Below, one piece after another: positions 1 through 9,745 of a stretch of DNA of 64,000 bases. Position numbers and translations under genes: made by a program. Each line of letters begins with the position of its first letter. Position 1 is the first letter of the stretch. This DNA is from Candidatus Latescibacterota bacterium (GTDB lineage Bacteria; Latescibacterota; UBA2968). The stretch spans positions 1,248,001 to 1,312,000 of the forward strand of contig OZ242195.1 in NCBI GenBank assembly GCA_965205975.1, written 5' to 3'. Under the pieces are notes generated by a model that saw nothing but the letters and a program-made list of their open reading frames with translations, was not told where the DNA came from and ran no database searches.

Positions 1-3000
1 GTTGGCACGTATGAACTGAAGGCCGATTTGATCGGCTATGCGAGTGCGACAGCGGTTATGGAGGTGATGGCTGGACAGACGACGACGGTTGCTTTGCAGA
101 TGGAGTTGTCTGCACTTTATCTGGATGAAGTGGTGGTGACGGGTACAGCTTTTAAGGAATCGCCTATCAATTTGCCCTATGCGGTTACCGTGGTCGGGCG
201 GGAAAAGATGGCAGAACAAGGGTCTCCGCAGGCGGTTGATTTCTTCAAGAATCTGGGGGCGAGTCACGGCGTAATCGGCGAGGCGAATAGCTGGTACAAC
301 GACCAATCTGTTTCGGTTCCAGAGACCGTGGCTAATGTGAATCTCCGCGGACTGGGAGCTTCGAGGACTTTGGTACTGATCAATAGCCGCAGACAAGTGT
401 ACATACCCGCGCGTTTGTTCGGCGGTCGCTTTGTGGATGTGAATGCCATTCCATCAATTGCGATTGACCGGGTCGAAGTGCTCAAGGAGGGGGCTTCGGC
501 CATTTACGGATCTGATGCAGTAGCTGGTGTTGCCAACTTTTTGACGCGCAACGACTTCACGGGTTTTGAAATTTCGGCAGGGCACGACTATTTCGCCGGT
601 GCGGGCGATACGAATTTCGGTGCAATATGGGGTGGAAAGCTCGGCAAAGCCCACGCGGTTATTTCTGCGGAATGGATGGGGCGACAGGAATTGAACGCAC
701 GCGAGCGGAGTTGGACATTGCGCAGGTTCCCATTTTGGGGATGGTCGGGTACTGGCAATCCCGGTGCATTTCTTATGCCGTCGCTATCGGGCGAGGAGAA
801 CAAGGATGAATTTATTCAGGCACTCGTCAATGCGCCCCGATTTATTGACCCCAATTGTGAGGCTCTTGGCGGACATGCCGAAAGCTGGACATGCCGCTTC
901 CGCTATCAACCTTGGGATATTTTGATTGAGAAACAGCGCCATCTCCGAACTTTTGCCGAAATCAATGGACCTTTGGGCGATGACGCGAAGTATCACATAG
1001 AGGCCATGTGGGCCGATACCTATATGCCTCATTACACGACGACGCCTTCTTTTCCGCCGATCACGCTGTTCAATGGGAATCAACTCGTTGCGAGCAATCA
1101 CCCGGGACGGCAGGCGTTTTGCCGTTCGCTGGTAGGTTCTGAACTTCAAGAAAACTGTCTCGAAGGCGACTGGTACTTTTTCGGTCGGCTCGTTGGCAAC
1201 GAGGGACCTGGACGCTCACTGAGCCGTCAATCGCAGACTGGACGTCTCTCAGGGTCTGTCACGCGCGATTTTCAGATTGCAGATCGAGATGCCCGGTTTG
1301 ATTTTGGCATCAGTTATTCCCGTAGCAGTGGAAATATGAACCAGCCAGCGGAATACGCCTACCGCAAGTTTCTCGCCTTTCGCGGCTTTGGGGGACCAGA
1401 TTGCGGCGTCGAGGTTATCGCAGATCCAACTGCTCCCGAAGGGATGCGCCTGGGTCCTCTCAATGGCAAAGTAGCTGGGCAGGGGGATTGCATGTACTAC
1501 AACCCGCTCAGCAACGCGATTCAGTTTTCCACGCAAGCTCCTGACGGATTGGATCCCATTGCGTTTGTATTTGCGGACAAGCAAAACCCCGACTATGTCC
1601 CCGGTCTTGAGAATAGTGCGTCGTTGATCGATTGGATCAACGAGGAAGTCGATTTGGAAAACGACGCTGCGCTACTGGTCGCAGACGCGACACTGACGGG
1701 AACATGGACGGAAAATGTCTGGCTCAACGCGAGTTATGCCGCCGGGTATCAGTTCCGCCGCCTCGATGTGTCTGCACAGCCAAATGATCCGGGCAATCTG
1801 ACTACCAATCCCTGTCTGGTTCCCGGCGATAGATCGTGTATTGACGCGGCTGGGCGTCAGATCGGTTTTGGCTCTGGTCTTTTTACGCTTACCAACGGAC
1901 ATTATCCCTACGAAGACAATCAGATCGTGCATCGGATTTTTGGCGAACTTCCCCTTAGTATGGGCGAGAATCTCGACGCGCAATTTGTTGCCAACTACGA
2001 GTTTCACAAGGAAGCAAGCAGTTTTAATCCCAAGGCTGCGGCAAGCTGGCGTTTTTCGGATTCTGATGCCCACTCATTGGATTTGCGCGGTTCAGTGCAG
2101 ACGACTTTTCGCACGCCTTCGGTAGATGATTTGAACACAGATGTTCGCACGACTCTCGAATATCTCGATCCCGTAGGGGTTTACAAAGCGATAGACGCTT
2201 ATGGGAGTACTGATCTCAAACCCGAAGAGGCGTTTACTTATAATGTAGGAGTTGTCCTGCTTGCAAATTCAGATATAGAAATGACCTTCGATTACTGGCA
2301 TTATGATTTCAAAAATGTGATCGCCACGCTACCACAAAACGATGTGGTGCGGCTCTACGGTGAAGGCTATAACGGCGACGAAAGAAAATTAAACGCGGTA
2401 AAGGATCGCATTTCATGCCCTGGCAATGTCACGGACGGTTCTTGTGTTCCTGGAGATATTGAGCGCGTGCGGATCGATTTGATCAATTGGCCCGGTGTCC
2501 AGACTTCGGGATTCGACTGGCATATAGGAACGCGTTTCAATGCCGGGACGGGTCAGCTTTCTGCCAGTCTGGATGGCACATACACGCGCGATTATTACAT
2601 GAAGGAACTTCGTATAGATGGCGTGGAATACCGCGCTGCGCTGGATGGCGCGGGATATTACAATAGAACTCATCCGCTGGCGTCACCGATTCCACAGTGG
2701 AAATGGCGAGGTTCTGCTGGCTACCACTGGGGCAACTACAGTCTCGTCAATTACGTCAATTACATATCCGCGTATGAGGATCGCGACGTATGGACGCTGG
2801 ATGGTCCCATTGACTCATTTCTCACCTATGATGTCAATTTTGTGTGGCACTTGCCCCGGCGCGGTATGAATATCACCTTCTCCGCGTTGAATATGACCGG
2901 AAAAGTGCCGCCTCTCGTCGATTTTGAACTGGGGTTCGATGGCCTGACGCACAATCCCAAAGGTCGGCGGTTTAAGCTGGCCGCTACATATCAACTCGGG

Positions 3001-3006
3001 CGTTGA
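1..3006 (+). CDS. TonB-dependent receptor (5'-partial; frame open from base 1)
   Basis: Frame 1 is open from position 1 (VGTYELKADLIGY). It contains LDEVVVTGT, the plug motifs NLRGLGASRTLVLINSRR and RVEVLKEGASAIYGSDAVAGVANF, LKPEEA, and a C-terminal beta strand (GRRFKLAATYQL). Confidence 0.95.
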   Translation, partial: VGTYELKADLIGYASATAVMEVMAGQTTTVALQMELSALYLDEVVVTGTAFKESPINLPYAVTVVGREKMAEQGSPQAVDFFKNLGASHGVIGEANSWYNDQSVSVPETVANVNLRGLGASRTLVLINSRRQVYIPARLFGGRFVDVNAIPSIAIDRVEVLKEGASAIYGSDAVAGVANFLTRNDFTGFEISAGHDYFAGAGDTNFGAIWGGKLGKAHAVISAEWMGRQELNARERSWTLRRFPFWGWSGTGNPGAFLMPSLSGEENKDEFIQALVNAPRFIDPNCEALGGHAESWTCRFRYQPWDILIEKQRHLRTFAEINGPLGDDAKYHIEAMWADTYMPHYTTTPSFPPITLFNGNQLVASNHPGRQAFCRSLVGSELQENCLEGDWYFFGRLVGNEGPGRSLSRQSQTGRLSGSVTRDFQIADRDARFDFGISYSRSSGNMNQPAEYAYRKFLAFRGFGGPDCGVEVIADPTAPEGMRLGPLNGKVAGQGDCMYYNPLSNAIQFSTQAPDGLDPIAFVFADKQNPDYVPGLENSASLIDWINEEVDLENDAALLVADATLTGTWTENVWLNASYAAGYQFRRLDVSAQPNDPGNLTTNPCLVPGDRSCIDAAGRQIGFGSGLFTLTNGHYPYEDNQIVHRIFGELPLSMGENLDAQFVANYEFHKEASSFNPKAAASWRFSDSDAHSLDLRGSVQTTFRTPSVDDLNTDVRTTLEYLDPVGVYKAIDAYGSTDLKPEEAFTYNVGVVLLANSDIEMTFDYWHYDFKNVIATLPQNDVVRLYGEGYNGDERKLNAVKDRISCPGNVTDGSCVPGDIERVRIDLINWPGVQTSGFDWHIGTRFNAGTGQLSASLDGTYTRDYYMKELRIDGVEYRAALDGAGYYNRTHPLASPIPQWKWRGSAGYHWGNYSLVNYVNYISAYEDRDVWTLDGPIDSFLTYDVNFVWHLPRRGMNITFSALNMTGKVPPLVDFELGFDGLTHNPKGRRFKLAATYQLGR

Positions 3007-3019
3007 TGAAAGGAATATT

Positions 3020-4561
3020 TTGAAAACGCGTGTAGAAGGACCACCTGATCGGGAGTATCGCAAGCTATTCGGTTTAGATATTTACCTGACGCCAGTGTTT
3101 GTGATTTCCAGTATTATCATTATTGCATTTGTCACTGGTGCTCTTGTTTTTCAGGAAGCCGCGACTGAAGGGTTCAAAAATATCCGCGAGTGGCTCACTG
3201 CAAACCTCGATTGGTTTTTTATCATTGCGGCCAATCTCGTCGTGATCTTTTGTTTTTATGTGGCGCTATCGTCCCTTGGAAAGGTGCGCCTGGGCGGCGC
3301 AGATGCAAAACCCGAATACACCTATTTAACCTATCTTGCCATGCTTTTTGCTGCTGGCGTGGGCATAGGTTTGCTGTTTTTTGGGGTGGCGGAACCGGTG
3401 TACTACTTTAAAGCGCCACCACTCGGCATTACGCCAGGAACAGAGGATGCCGTTGCCGTGGGGATAGCGGCGACGGTTTTTCATTGGGGGTTACACGGTT
3501 GGGCGATCTACGGCGTCGTTGGACTCGCTCTGGGTTACTTCTCGTACAACCGGGGGTTGCCCCTCACCATTCGCTCGGCGTTCTATCCCTTATTTGGCGA
3601 CCGCGTCTGGGGCTGGCCCGGACACATTATCGATACATTCGCCATATTCGCCGGTTTGTTTGGGCTTGCAACCTCCCTCGGTCTGGGGGTTCAGCAGGTT
3701 ACTTCCGGATTAAACTATCTGTTTGATATTCCCGCAAATAACACCACTATGGTGGTGCTGATTGTTGCGATCACGTCCATCGCGCTCATATCGGTGTTGA
3801 CGGGTATTAATGTCGGCATTAAGCGTTTGAGCCAGTTCAATATCATTCTCGCGTTTTTGTTGTTATTGACTGTTATCTCGCTCGGTCCAACGCTCTACAT
3901 TTTTCGCAGTATTTTCGCTGGTCTCGGCAGTTATTTCGCGCAGGTTGTGCCGCTCAGCAATTGGATTGGGCGCGAGGATGTCGCCTTCGTGCGAGACTGG
4001 ACGACTTTCTACTGGGCGTGGTGGTTTGCCTGGGCACCGTTTGTCGGCACGTTCATCGCCCGCATTTCAAAGGGGCGCACAGTGCGCGAATTTGTCGTCT
4101 CTGTGCTTCTGCTGCCAACGCTTTTATGCCTGCTGTGGTTCGGTACTTTTAGCGGTACGGCGTTTTATCAACACATTGTTGAGGGCTATACCGGGGTAAC
4201 TGAGAATGTCGAGGCGTGGAAGCTCGAAATCGCATTGTTCAAAATGTTTGATAAACTGCCGATGGCGACGTTGCTTTCATCTGTGGCTATGCTGCTGACC
4301 GTCGTGTTTTTCGTTACTTCTTCGGATTCTGGATCGCTGATCCTTGACGCCATTGCAGCTGGCGGCAGGGTTGATGCGCCAGTTGCGCAACGCGTTTTCT
4401 GGTGTACTATTGAGGGTTTAGTCGCAATTGCACTTCTGCTCGGCGGAGGCCTGAGTGCGTTGCAAGCTGCCTCGCTCACTACTGGTTTTCCATTTGCTAT
4501 TGTGCTATTGGGAATGGCTGTCTGCGTGTGGATGGGGCTTCGCAGTGAAGTGCGCGAATGA
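3020..4561 (+). CDS. BCCT-family (betaine/carnitine/choline) transporter
   Basis: About 12 hydrophobic segments; family motifs MLFAAGVGIGLLFFG, FHWGLHGWAIY, WTTFYWAWWFAWAPFVGTFIARISKGRTVREF, FFVTSSDSG. Confidence 0.95.
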   Translation: MKTRVEGPPDREYRKLFGLDIYLTPVFVISSIIIIAFVTGALVFQEAATEGFKNIREWLTANLDWFFIIAANLVVIFCFYVALSSLGKVRLGGADAKPEYTYLTYLAMLFAAGVGIGLLFFGVAEPVYYFKAPPLGITPGTEDAVAVGIAATVFHWGLHGWAIYGVVGLALGYFSYNRGLPLTIRSAFYPLFGDRVWGWPGHIIDTFAIFAGLFGLATSLGLGVQQVTSGLNYLFDIPANNTTMVVLIVAITSIALISVLTGINVGIKRLSQFNIILAFLLLLTVISLGPTLYIFRSIFAGLGSYFAQVVPLSNWIGREDVAFVRDWTTFYWAWWFAWAPFVGTFIARISKGRTVREFVVSVLLLPTLLCLLWFGTFSGTAFYQHIVEGYTGVTENVEAWKLEIALFKMFDKLPMATLLSSVAMLLTVVFFVTSSDSGSLILDAIAAGGRVDAPVAQRVFWCTIEGLVAIALLLGGGLSALQAASLTTGFPFAIVLLGMAVCVWMGLRSEVRE

Positions 4562-4638
4562 GAATATTAAGCAGTTCAACGTCGGCTCAAACACTTTGCC
4601 TTTTCGCGTAACATCAGTCAGGTAGTATCCATATATAA

Positions 4639-4664
4639 TTTTTTGATCATATATGGTCAAAAAA
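4639..4664. promoter_or_regulatory. 26-bp near-perfect palindrome, candidate operator
   Basis: TTTTTTGATCATATATGGTCAAAAAA; 12 of 13 positions pair; lies in the AT-rich intergenic region upstream of the second TonB receptor. Confidence 0.5.
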
Positions 4665-4880
4665 ATCTAAGATGTCGATTGGGTTTTTGCAGGGATAAAA
4701 AATATATCTTCATTAAAAATAATATTTTATGAATAAAATTATTTATAGAAGTCCTGTATTAATGCAAGCTATCCATCAACACAATCGTGCCTTAAGGGAT
4801 GATTGCTCTTTTCCCTGATTGTAAAGAATGTCCTGGACATTTTGCAATCGTTTACGTCACAATTTGGGTTAGGCAAGAAT

Positions 4881-4909
4881 TTGACATTGGGAGAATTCTA
4901 CCATATTTT
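4881..4909 (+). promoter_or_regulatory. sigma70-type promoter candidate for TonB receptor 2
   Basis: TTGACA-17 bp-TATTTT about 80 bp upstream of ATG 4991. Confidence 0.45.
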
Positions 4910-4990
4910 TTTATTAATTCCAAAGAGTCTCTAACCCCAAAAACTACCCGAAAGTATTATAGTACGGGAAAATAACAAAAGGGAAGACCA

Positions 4991-7900
4991 ATGTTTTTTT
5001 TGAGCAGATTTATTCCGATTCTTGCATGCGTGGCATTGTTTTCTAACGTGGTCCAGGCACAATCTGTTGGAACTGTTACCGGCACAGTGACCGATGCCGC
5101 AAGCGGCGAAAAATTGGAAGTGGTGCAGATCCATATTCCGACTCTGAAACTGAGCGCAGTGTCGGACGCGCAAGGCCGTTTTACCATCCCAAATGTGCCT
5201 TCTGGCACGCATGAACTGAGGGCAGATCTGATCGGTTATGCGAGCGCGACAGCGGTTATTAATGTGACGGCTGGCGAAACAGTGACGGTTTCGTTGCAGA
5301 TGAATTCCTCTGCGCTTTATCTCGATGAAGTGGTGGTGACGGGTACGGCATTTAAAGAGGCACCCATCAGTATGACGTATGCAGTTGCTGTGGTTGGGCG
5401 AGAGAAGATGGCTGAGCAAGGGTCTCCACAGGCTGTTGATTTCTTCAAGAATCTGGGTGCGAGCCACGGGGTGATCGGCGAACGGAGCAGTTGGTACAAT
5501 GCGGGCCAAGCTGCCACCTTGACGGAGAGCATCGCCAATGTGAACCTGCGCGGGCTTGGTGCATCGCGGACGCTGGTGTTGATCAACAGCCGCCGCCAGA
5601 CCTATGTCCCCGCGCGCTTGATCGGTGGACGCTTTGTCGATGTCAATGTTATTCCCTCTATCGCCCTTGACCGGATTGAGGTGCTCAAGGAGGGAGCTTC
5701 GGCTATCTACGGATCGGATGCAGTGGCCGGTGTTGCCAATTTTTTGACCCGATCCGATTTTGAGGGCTTTGAAGTGTCTGGTGCCTACGAGCATTTCGCT
5801 GGCGCTGGCGATACAAATATAGGCGCGATATGGGGTAAAAAACTCGCGGATGGAACTCATGCGGTTATTTCTGCGGAATGGATGGGGCGCCAGGCGCTAC
5901 CATCTACGGAGAGGGATTATTTGTTGCAGCCGTGGCATGGCGGAGGGCAGCGTCTGGGATGGTCGAGTTTGGGGAATCCAGGCACCTTTGCCATTGGTGC
6001 GCCAGCTCCCTGGACAGCAGCCATCCACGCCCCTCGTTGTGAGGAGTTTGGCGGTTTCAGGGAATCTTGGACATGTCGATTCCGCTATCAGCAGTATGAG
6101 AATCTGGTCGAAAAAATGAGTCATATCCGTGTTTTTTCTGAGATCAATGGCACTCTGGACAATGGTACGGATTATCACGTGGAGTACCTGTGGGCCGAGG
6201 CCGAGATCCCCGATTGGTACACGACGCCTTCTTATCCTCCGTTCCCACTAACAGATACGAGTATTATGGAGGTCGCGTCCGATCATCCGGGGCGCCAGGC
6301 ATTTTGCGAGGACTACGGTGCAAATCCTGGCGATTTATATTACGACGCCTGCCAAGGCGGGGAGAACTGGTATTTCAATGGTCGGCCCTTTGGAAACTCT
6401 GGTCCCGGACGTATTTTGAGCCGTCAATCGAATACTTTGCGCATGGCGGCTTCGGCAAATGGCGATTTTAAGGCGTTCGGCGGTCGAGACGCCCATTTTG
6501 ATGTGGGTCTCTCTTATTCGCGCACGTCGGGCAATTACAATTTGCCGGGGGTGTACATCGAGCGGCTGTTCCTCGGCTTTCGCGGTTTTGGGGGACCAGA
6601 TTGCGGCGTTGACGTGGTAGCAGATCCGACGTCTCTCGCAGGGATGCGACTTGGACGGATCTACGACCAGGTAGCAGGGCAGGGCAACTGTCATTACTAC
6701 AACCCCTTTGGCAATGCCATCGAGTTCACGGATCAACATGGCTCGAGTTTTGAGAACTCGCCAAATCCCGATTACCGCTCCGATCTTGCGAATAGTCCCG
6801 AATTGCGGGAATGGCTCGCCAATCAAGAAGTTGATCTGCAGAGTACGGCGGAGATGCTGGTCGCCGATGCGACGCTGACGGGAACTTGGACAGAGAACGT
6901 CTGGCTCAACGCGAGTTATGCCGCCGGGTATCAGTTCCGCAAGCTCAATGCGACTGGCGATCCGAACGATCCGGGTGATGTGACCATCAACCCATGTCCG
7001 GTTCCGGGGGATAAGGGTTGCTCAGAAGAAGATAAGTTCGGTCCCTATGCGTTCACGAATGTGAATCGACCATACTCCGAAGACCAGACGGTACACCGAT
7101 TTTTTGGCGAAATTCCCTTGAGTCTGGGCGAGCGCGTTGATGTGCAACTCGCCGCGAATTACGAGTTCCACGATGTGGCGAGCAGTTTTGATCCCAAAGT
7201 CGGCTGGCGCGTGCAGCTTTCGCAATCCCCGACCCATTCCCTGTTTATGCGAGGCTCGGTGCAGACGACGTTTCGCACGCCATCGCTGGACGATGTAAAT
7301 GAAAGTCCGTTATCAACGCTCGAGTGGATCAACCAGACGGGTGCGTACCAGACGGTCGATAGAATCGGGAGCAAGGACCTCAAACCCGAACAGGCATTTA
7401 CCTATAATGCGGGTCTCGCGCTGGTCACAGAGGCCGGAGCAGAAGCGACATTCGACTATTGGAGCTACGATTTCAGCGATGTCATCGGCGCTATGCCCCA
7501 CGGGAGAATTACTGATTTATATGCCGAAGAAGCCAATAAGAATGCCCTGAAGCAATTCATTGTCTGTCCTGATGGCGTAGGTACTGGTACATGCGCGGCC
7601 TCAGAACTTGAGCGGGTGCGCGTTGATATCGTCAACTGGCCCGGGGTCAAGACTTCGGGAATTGATGTACATCTGGGCACGCGAATGCCAGCGGGTGCAG
7701 GACAATTCGCGGCCAGTCTGGATGGCACTTATACGCTGTCGTATGAGACAAAGGCTCTGATGCATGGCAATTTGGTGCTCCAGGAGGCGGCAGACGCCGC
7801 GGGGTACTTGAATTTTGGCAATCCCATTGCGACTTCGCTTCCCAAGTTGAAAGGGCGAGTATCGGCGGGCTATCACTGGAAGACCTACAGTTTGGTGAGT

Positions 7901-8179
7901 TATCTGAATTATATTTCGTCTTATGAGGACCGCGGGTCAATGGGAGCCGATAATGCGACTATTAGTAATCTGTTCGGCACTATTGACTCGTTTGTCACAT
8001 GGGATGTGAGTTTTCTTTGGAACGTGTCCAGAGGGGTGAATATCGCATTCTCCGGGATGAATCTGCTCGGCACCAGGCCACCTCTGGTGAATATCGAACA
8101 AGCCTACGACGGCTTCACGCACGATCCCAAAGAGCGGCGGTTGAAGCTGGGCCTTACATATCAATTCGGGAGTTTATAA
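4991..8179 (+). CDS. TonB-dependent receptor with signal peptide and N-terminal carboxypeptidase-regulatory-like domain; paralog of 1..3006
   Basis: Signal peptide ending VQA-Q, GTVTGTVTDAASGE...SDAQGRFTIPNVPSG domain, same plug motifs as the first receptor, ends LGLTYQF. Confidence 0.95.
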   Translation: MFFLSRFIPILACVALFSNVVQAQSVGTVTGTVTDAASGEKLEVVQIHIPTLKLSAVSDAQGRFTIPNVPSGTHELRADLIGYASATAVINVTAGETVTVSLQMNSSALYLDEVVVTGTAFKEAPISMTYAVAVVGREKMAEQGSPQAVDFFKNLGASHGVIGERSSWYNAGQAATLTESIANVNLRGLGASRTLVLINSRRQTYVPARLIGGRFVDVNVIPSIALDRIEVLKEGASAIYGSDAVAGVANFLTRSDFEGFEVSGAYEHFAGAGDTNIGAIWGKKLADGTHAVISAEWMGRQALPSTERDYLLQPWHGGGQRLGWSSLGNPGTFAIGAPAPWTAAIHAPRCEEFGGFRESWTCRFRYQQYENLVEKMSHIRVFSEINGTLDNGTDYHVEYLWAEAEIPDWYTTPSYPPFPLTDTSIMEVASDHPGRQAFCEDYGANPGDLYYDACQGGENWYFNGRPFGNSGPGRILSRQSNTLRMAASANGDFKAFGGRDAHFDVGLSYSRTSGNYNLPGVYIERLFLGFRGFGGPDCGVDVVADPTSLAGMRLGRIYDQVAGQGNCHYYNPFGNAIEFTDQHGSSFENSPNPDYRSDLANSPELREWLANQEVDLQSTAEMLVADATLTGTWTENVWLNASYAAGYQFRKLNATGDPNDPGDVTINPCPVPGDKGCSEEDKFGPYAFTNVNRPYSEDQTVHRFFGEIPLSLGERVDVQLAANYEFHDVASSFDPKVGWRVQLSQSPTHSLFMRGSVQTTFRTPSLDDVNESPLSTLEWINQTGAYQTVDRIGSKDLKPEQAFTYNAGLALVTEAGAEATFDYWSYDFSDVIGAMPHGRITDLYAEEANKNALKQFIVCPDGVGTGTCAASELERVRVDIVNWPGVKTSGIDVHLGTRMPAGAGQFAASLDGTYTLSYETKALMHGNLVLQEAADAAGYLNFGNPIATSLPKLKGRVSAGYHWKTYSLVSYLNYISSYEDRGSMGADNATISNLFGTIDSFVTWDVSFLWNVSRGVNIAFSGMNLLGTRPPLVNIEQAYDGFTHDPKERRLKLGLTYQFGSL

Positions 8180-8203
8180 TATCCACGCATCCTTGAGTAT
8201 AAT

Positions 8204-8239
8204 AAAAAAGCCCGTCAAGTAGTGATGACGGGCTTTTTT
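8204..8239. terminator. Bidirectional rho-independent terminator
   Basis: AAAAAA-GCCCGTCA-loop-TGACGGGC-TTTTTT between convergent genes. Confidence 0.85.
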
Positions 8240-8271
8240 GATTGAATATGTACACAACACGTGAGGTGATT

Positions 8272-9528
8272 TCACGCCTCACGTGTTTTTTTTCGCACAG
8301 GAGATTTTTGCGATTCGCTGTACAATTTCTCAAATGCTTCTGTGCCGTCGTCTTCAATGACATCGAGTGATGAGGCGGGTTCTGATATGGGCTGGGAATC
8401 GCTGGGATAGACGTGGTGCATGTCCTGCTTTGTGCAGGCATAATAGGTAACTTCACCGCTTTTGCGGCGGTACGCGTAAAGGTGGCGGGGGGGATCGACC
8501 CAGGTGTAGTCTGCGGCGTATTGTTCCAATGCAGCGGGGTCAATTTCCACCCCGAGGCCAGGGGTTTCGGTGACGCGGTAAAAGCCGCCCCGAACTTCAA
8601 TCGCGGGTTTTATGAGTTGATGCTCCCAGATGTTCATACACGTAATAGCCGGCCATTTGGCCTGGGGGAGGACCGCGCCCAAATGCGCTGCCCAGGCTGT
8701 TGTGATGCCAGAGCCGACGAGTTGCAGCCAGAAGGGCTTGTTCCATTGCTCGCACACAGATGCTTGTTTGAGGAGACGCGAGGCGCCTGCACAGATGACA
8801 AATCCATCGGTGACATCTTCTTTCATGGTCGTTTCAATGGGTGGATTGTTGTAGTGCATGGCAATGGGCCGCGCGATCAGATTTCTGATTTGCTTGTTGC
8901 CCGCCACGTCGTTTTGCGGAATCGGCGTTTCGATCATCGCCACTTCGGGATAGGCTTCCAATTCTCTAAGGTGCGGGATTGCATTGGCAGAATTGGCGAG
9001 GGTGCCGTTGTAGTCGAGGTCGAGGTGAAAGCCGGGGGGAACTACTTTTTGAACGGCCTGAATGGCTGCGTACAGGTCAAACCAGGGGCGAGCTTTGAGT
9101 TTCGAGCTGGTATATCCCGCCTGGGCGGCCTGTCGGCACTCTTCAGCCCATCCTTCGGGCGGCATGTCCATATTCCACCACGATATCGGACACCAGGCGC
9201 GCACTTTTGTGCCCAGCAGGCGATATATAGGAACATCTTGCGCTTTTGCTATGGCATCAAATAGAGCCATTTGGACGCCAGCACCGAGGCTGTCATTCCA
9301 CATCAATTCAGCGGCAGGTCTGCCGACAATTCTGTCTTCAATATCGCCCGGTACTTTAGCCCAGGTGTAGTTGGGTATGGTTTCTCCCCATCCTTCAATG
9401 CCATTTTCGAGCGTGATATGACAAATCTGGTGTATCCGCCAGTGGGGAAGCCAGTAGCCGAGGTGTTTCTGGCTGTGTGGCGTGAAGGGGACGTCGAGAT
9501 TGATGAGTTCTATGGTTTTGATTTTCAT
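8272..9528 (-). CDS. Mandelate racemase/muconate lactonizing enzyme (enolase superfamily) with C-terminal extension
   Basis: GWGE, MALFDAIAKAQDVPIYRLLG, KLK, LDYN, ETP, PGLGVEID. Confidence 0.85.
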   Translation of the reverse strand: MKIKTIELINLDVPFTPHSQKHLGYWLPHWRIHQICHITLENGIEGWGETIPNYTWAKVPGDIEDRIVGRPAAELMWNDSLGAGVQMALFDAIAKAQDVPIYRLLGTKVRAWCPISWWNMDMPPEGWAEECRQAAQAGYTSSKLKARPWFDLYAAIQAVQKVVPPGFHLDLDYNGTLANSANAIPHLRELEAYPEVAMIETPIPQNDVAGNKQIRNLIARPIAMHYNNPPIETTMKEDVTDGFVICAGASRLLKQASVCEQWNKPFWLQLVGSGITTAWAAHLGAVLPQAKWPAITCMNIWEHQLIKPAIEVRGGFYRVTETPGLGVEIDPAALEQYAADYTWVDPPRHLYAYRRKSGEVTYYACTKQDMHHVYPSDSQPISEPASSLDVIEDDGTEAFEKLYSESQKSPVRKKTREA

Positions 9529-9745
9529 GGCTTACCTCTGGGAAAAAGTTGATATAACGCACGATATGACACCTAAAGCGCGATGTCAAGCACAACGGAA
9601 GAAAGAAAACGTGCATGGGCTAAAAAGTTGGTTATATTGAGGGCCTGGTAAGCGAATCTACGAAGTTCGCACTGATTTTGGGTAGTAGGGTGGGGTTCGT
9701 CTATTCGTCTATTCGTCAGGCATCAACAATTCAAGGAGGCGATGT

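Noticed and set aside
4562..4990. Cobalamin or TPP riboswitch upstream of the TonB receptor
   Set aside because: The region is AT-rich and lacks B12-box and TPP core motifs.
4931..5860. 309-aa antisense ORF, and similar long shadow ORFs such as 8413..9264, 12125..12835, 29910..30680, 34851..35570 and 62333..63100
   Set aside because: They lie opposite well-supported genes and have no recognisable motifs.
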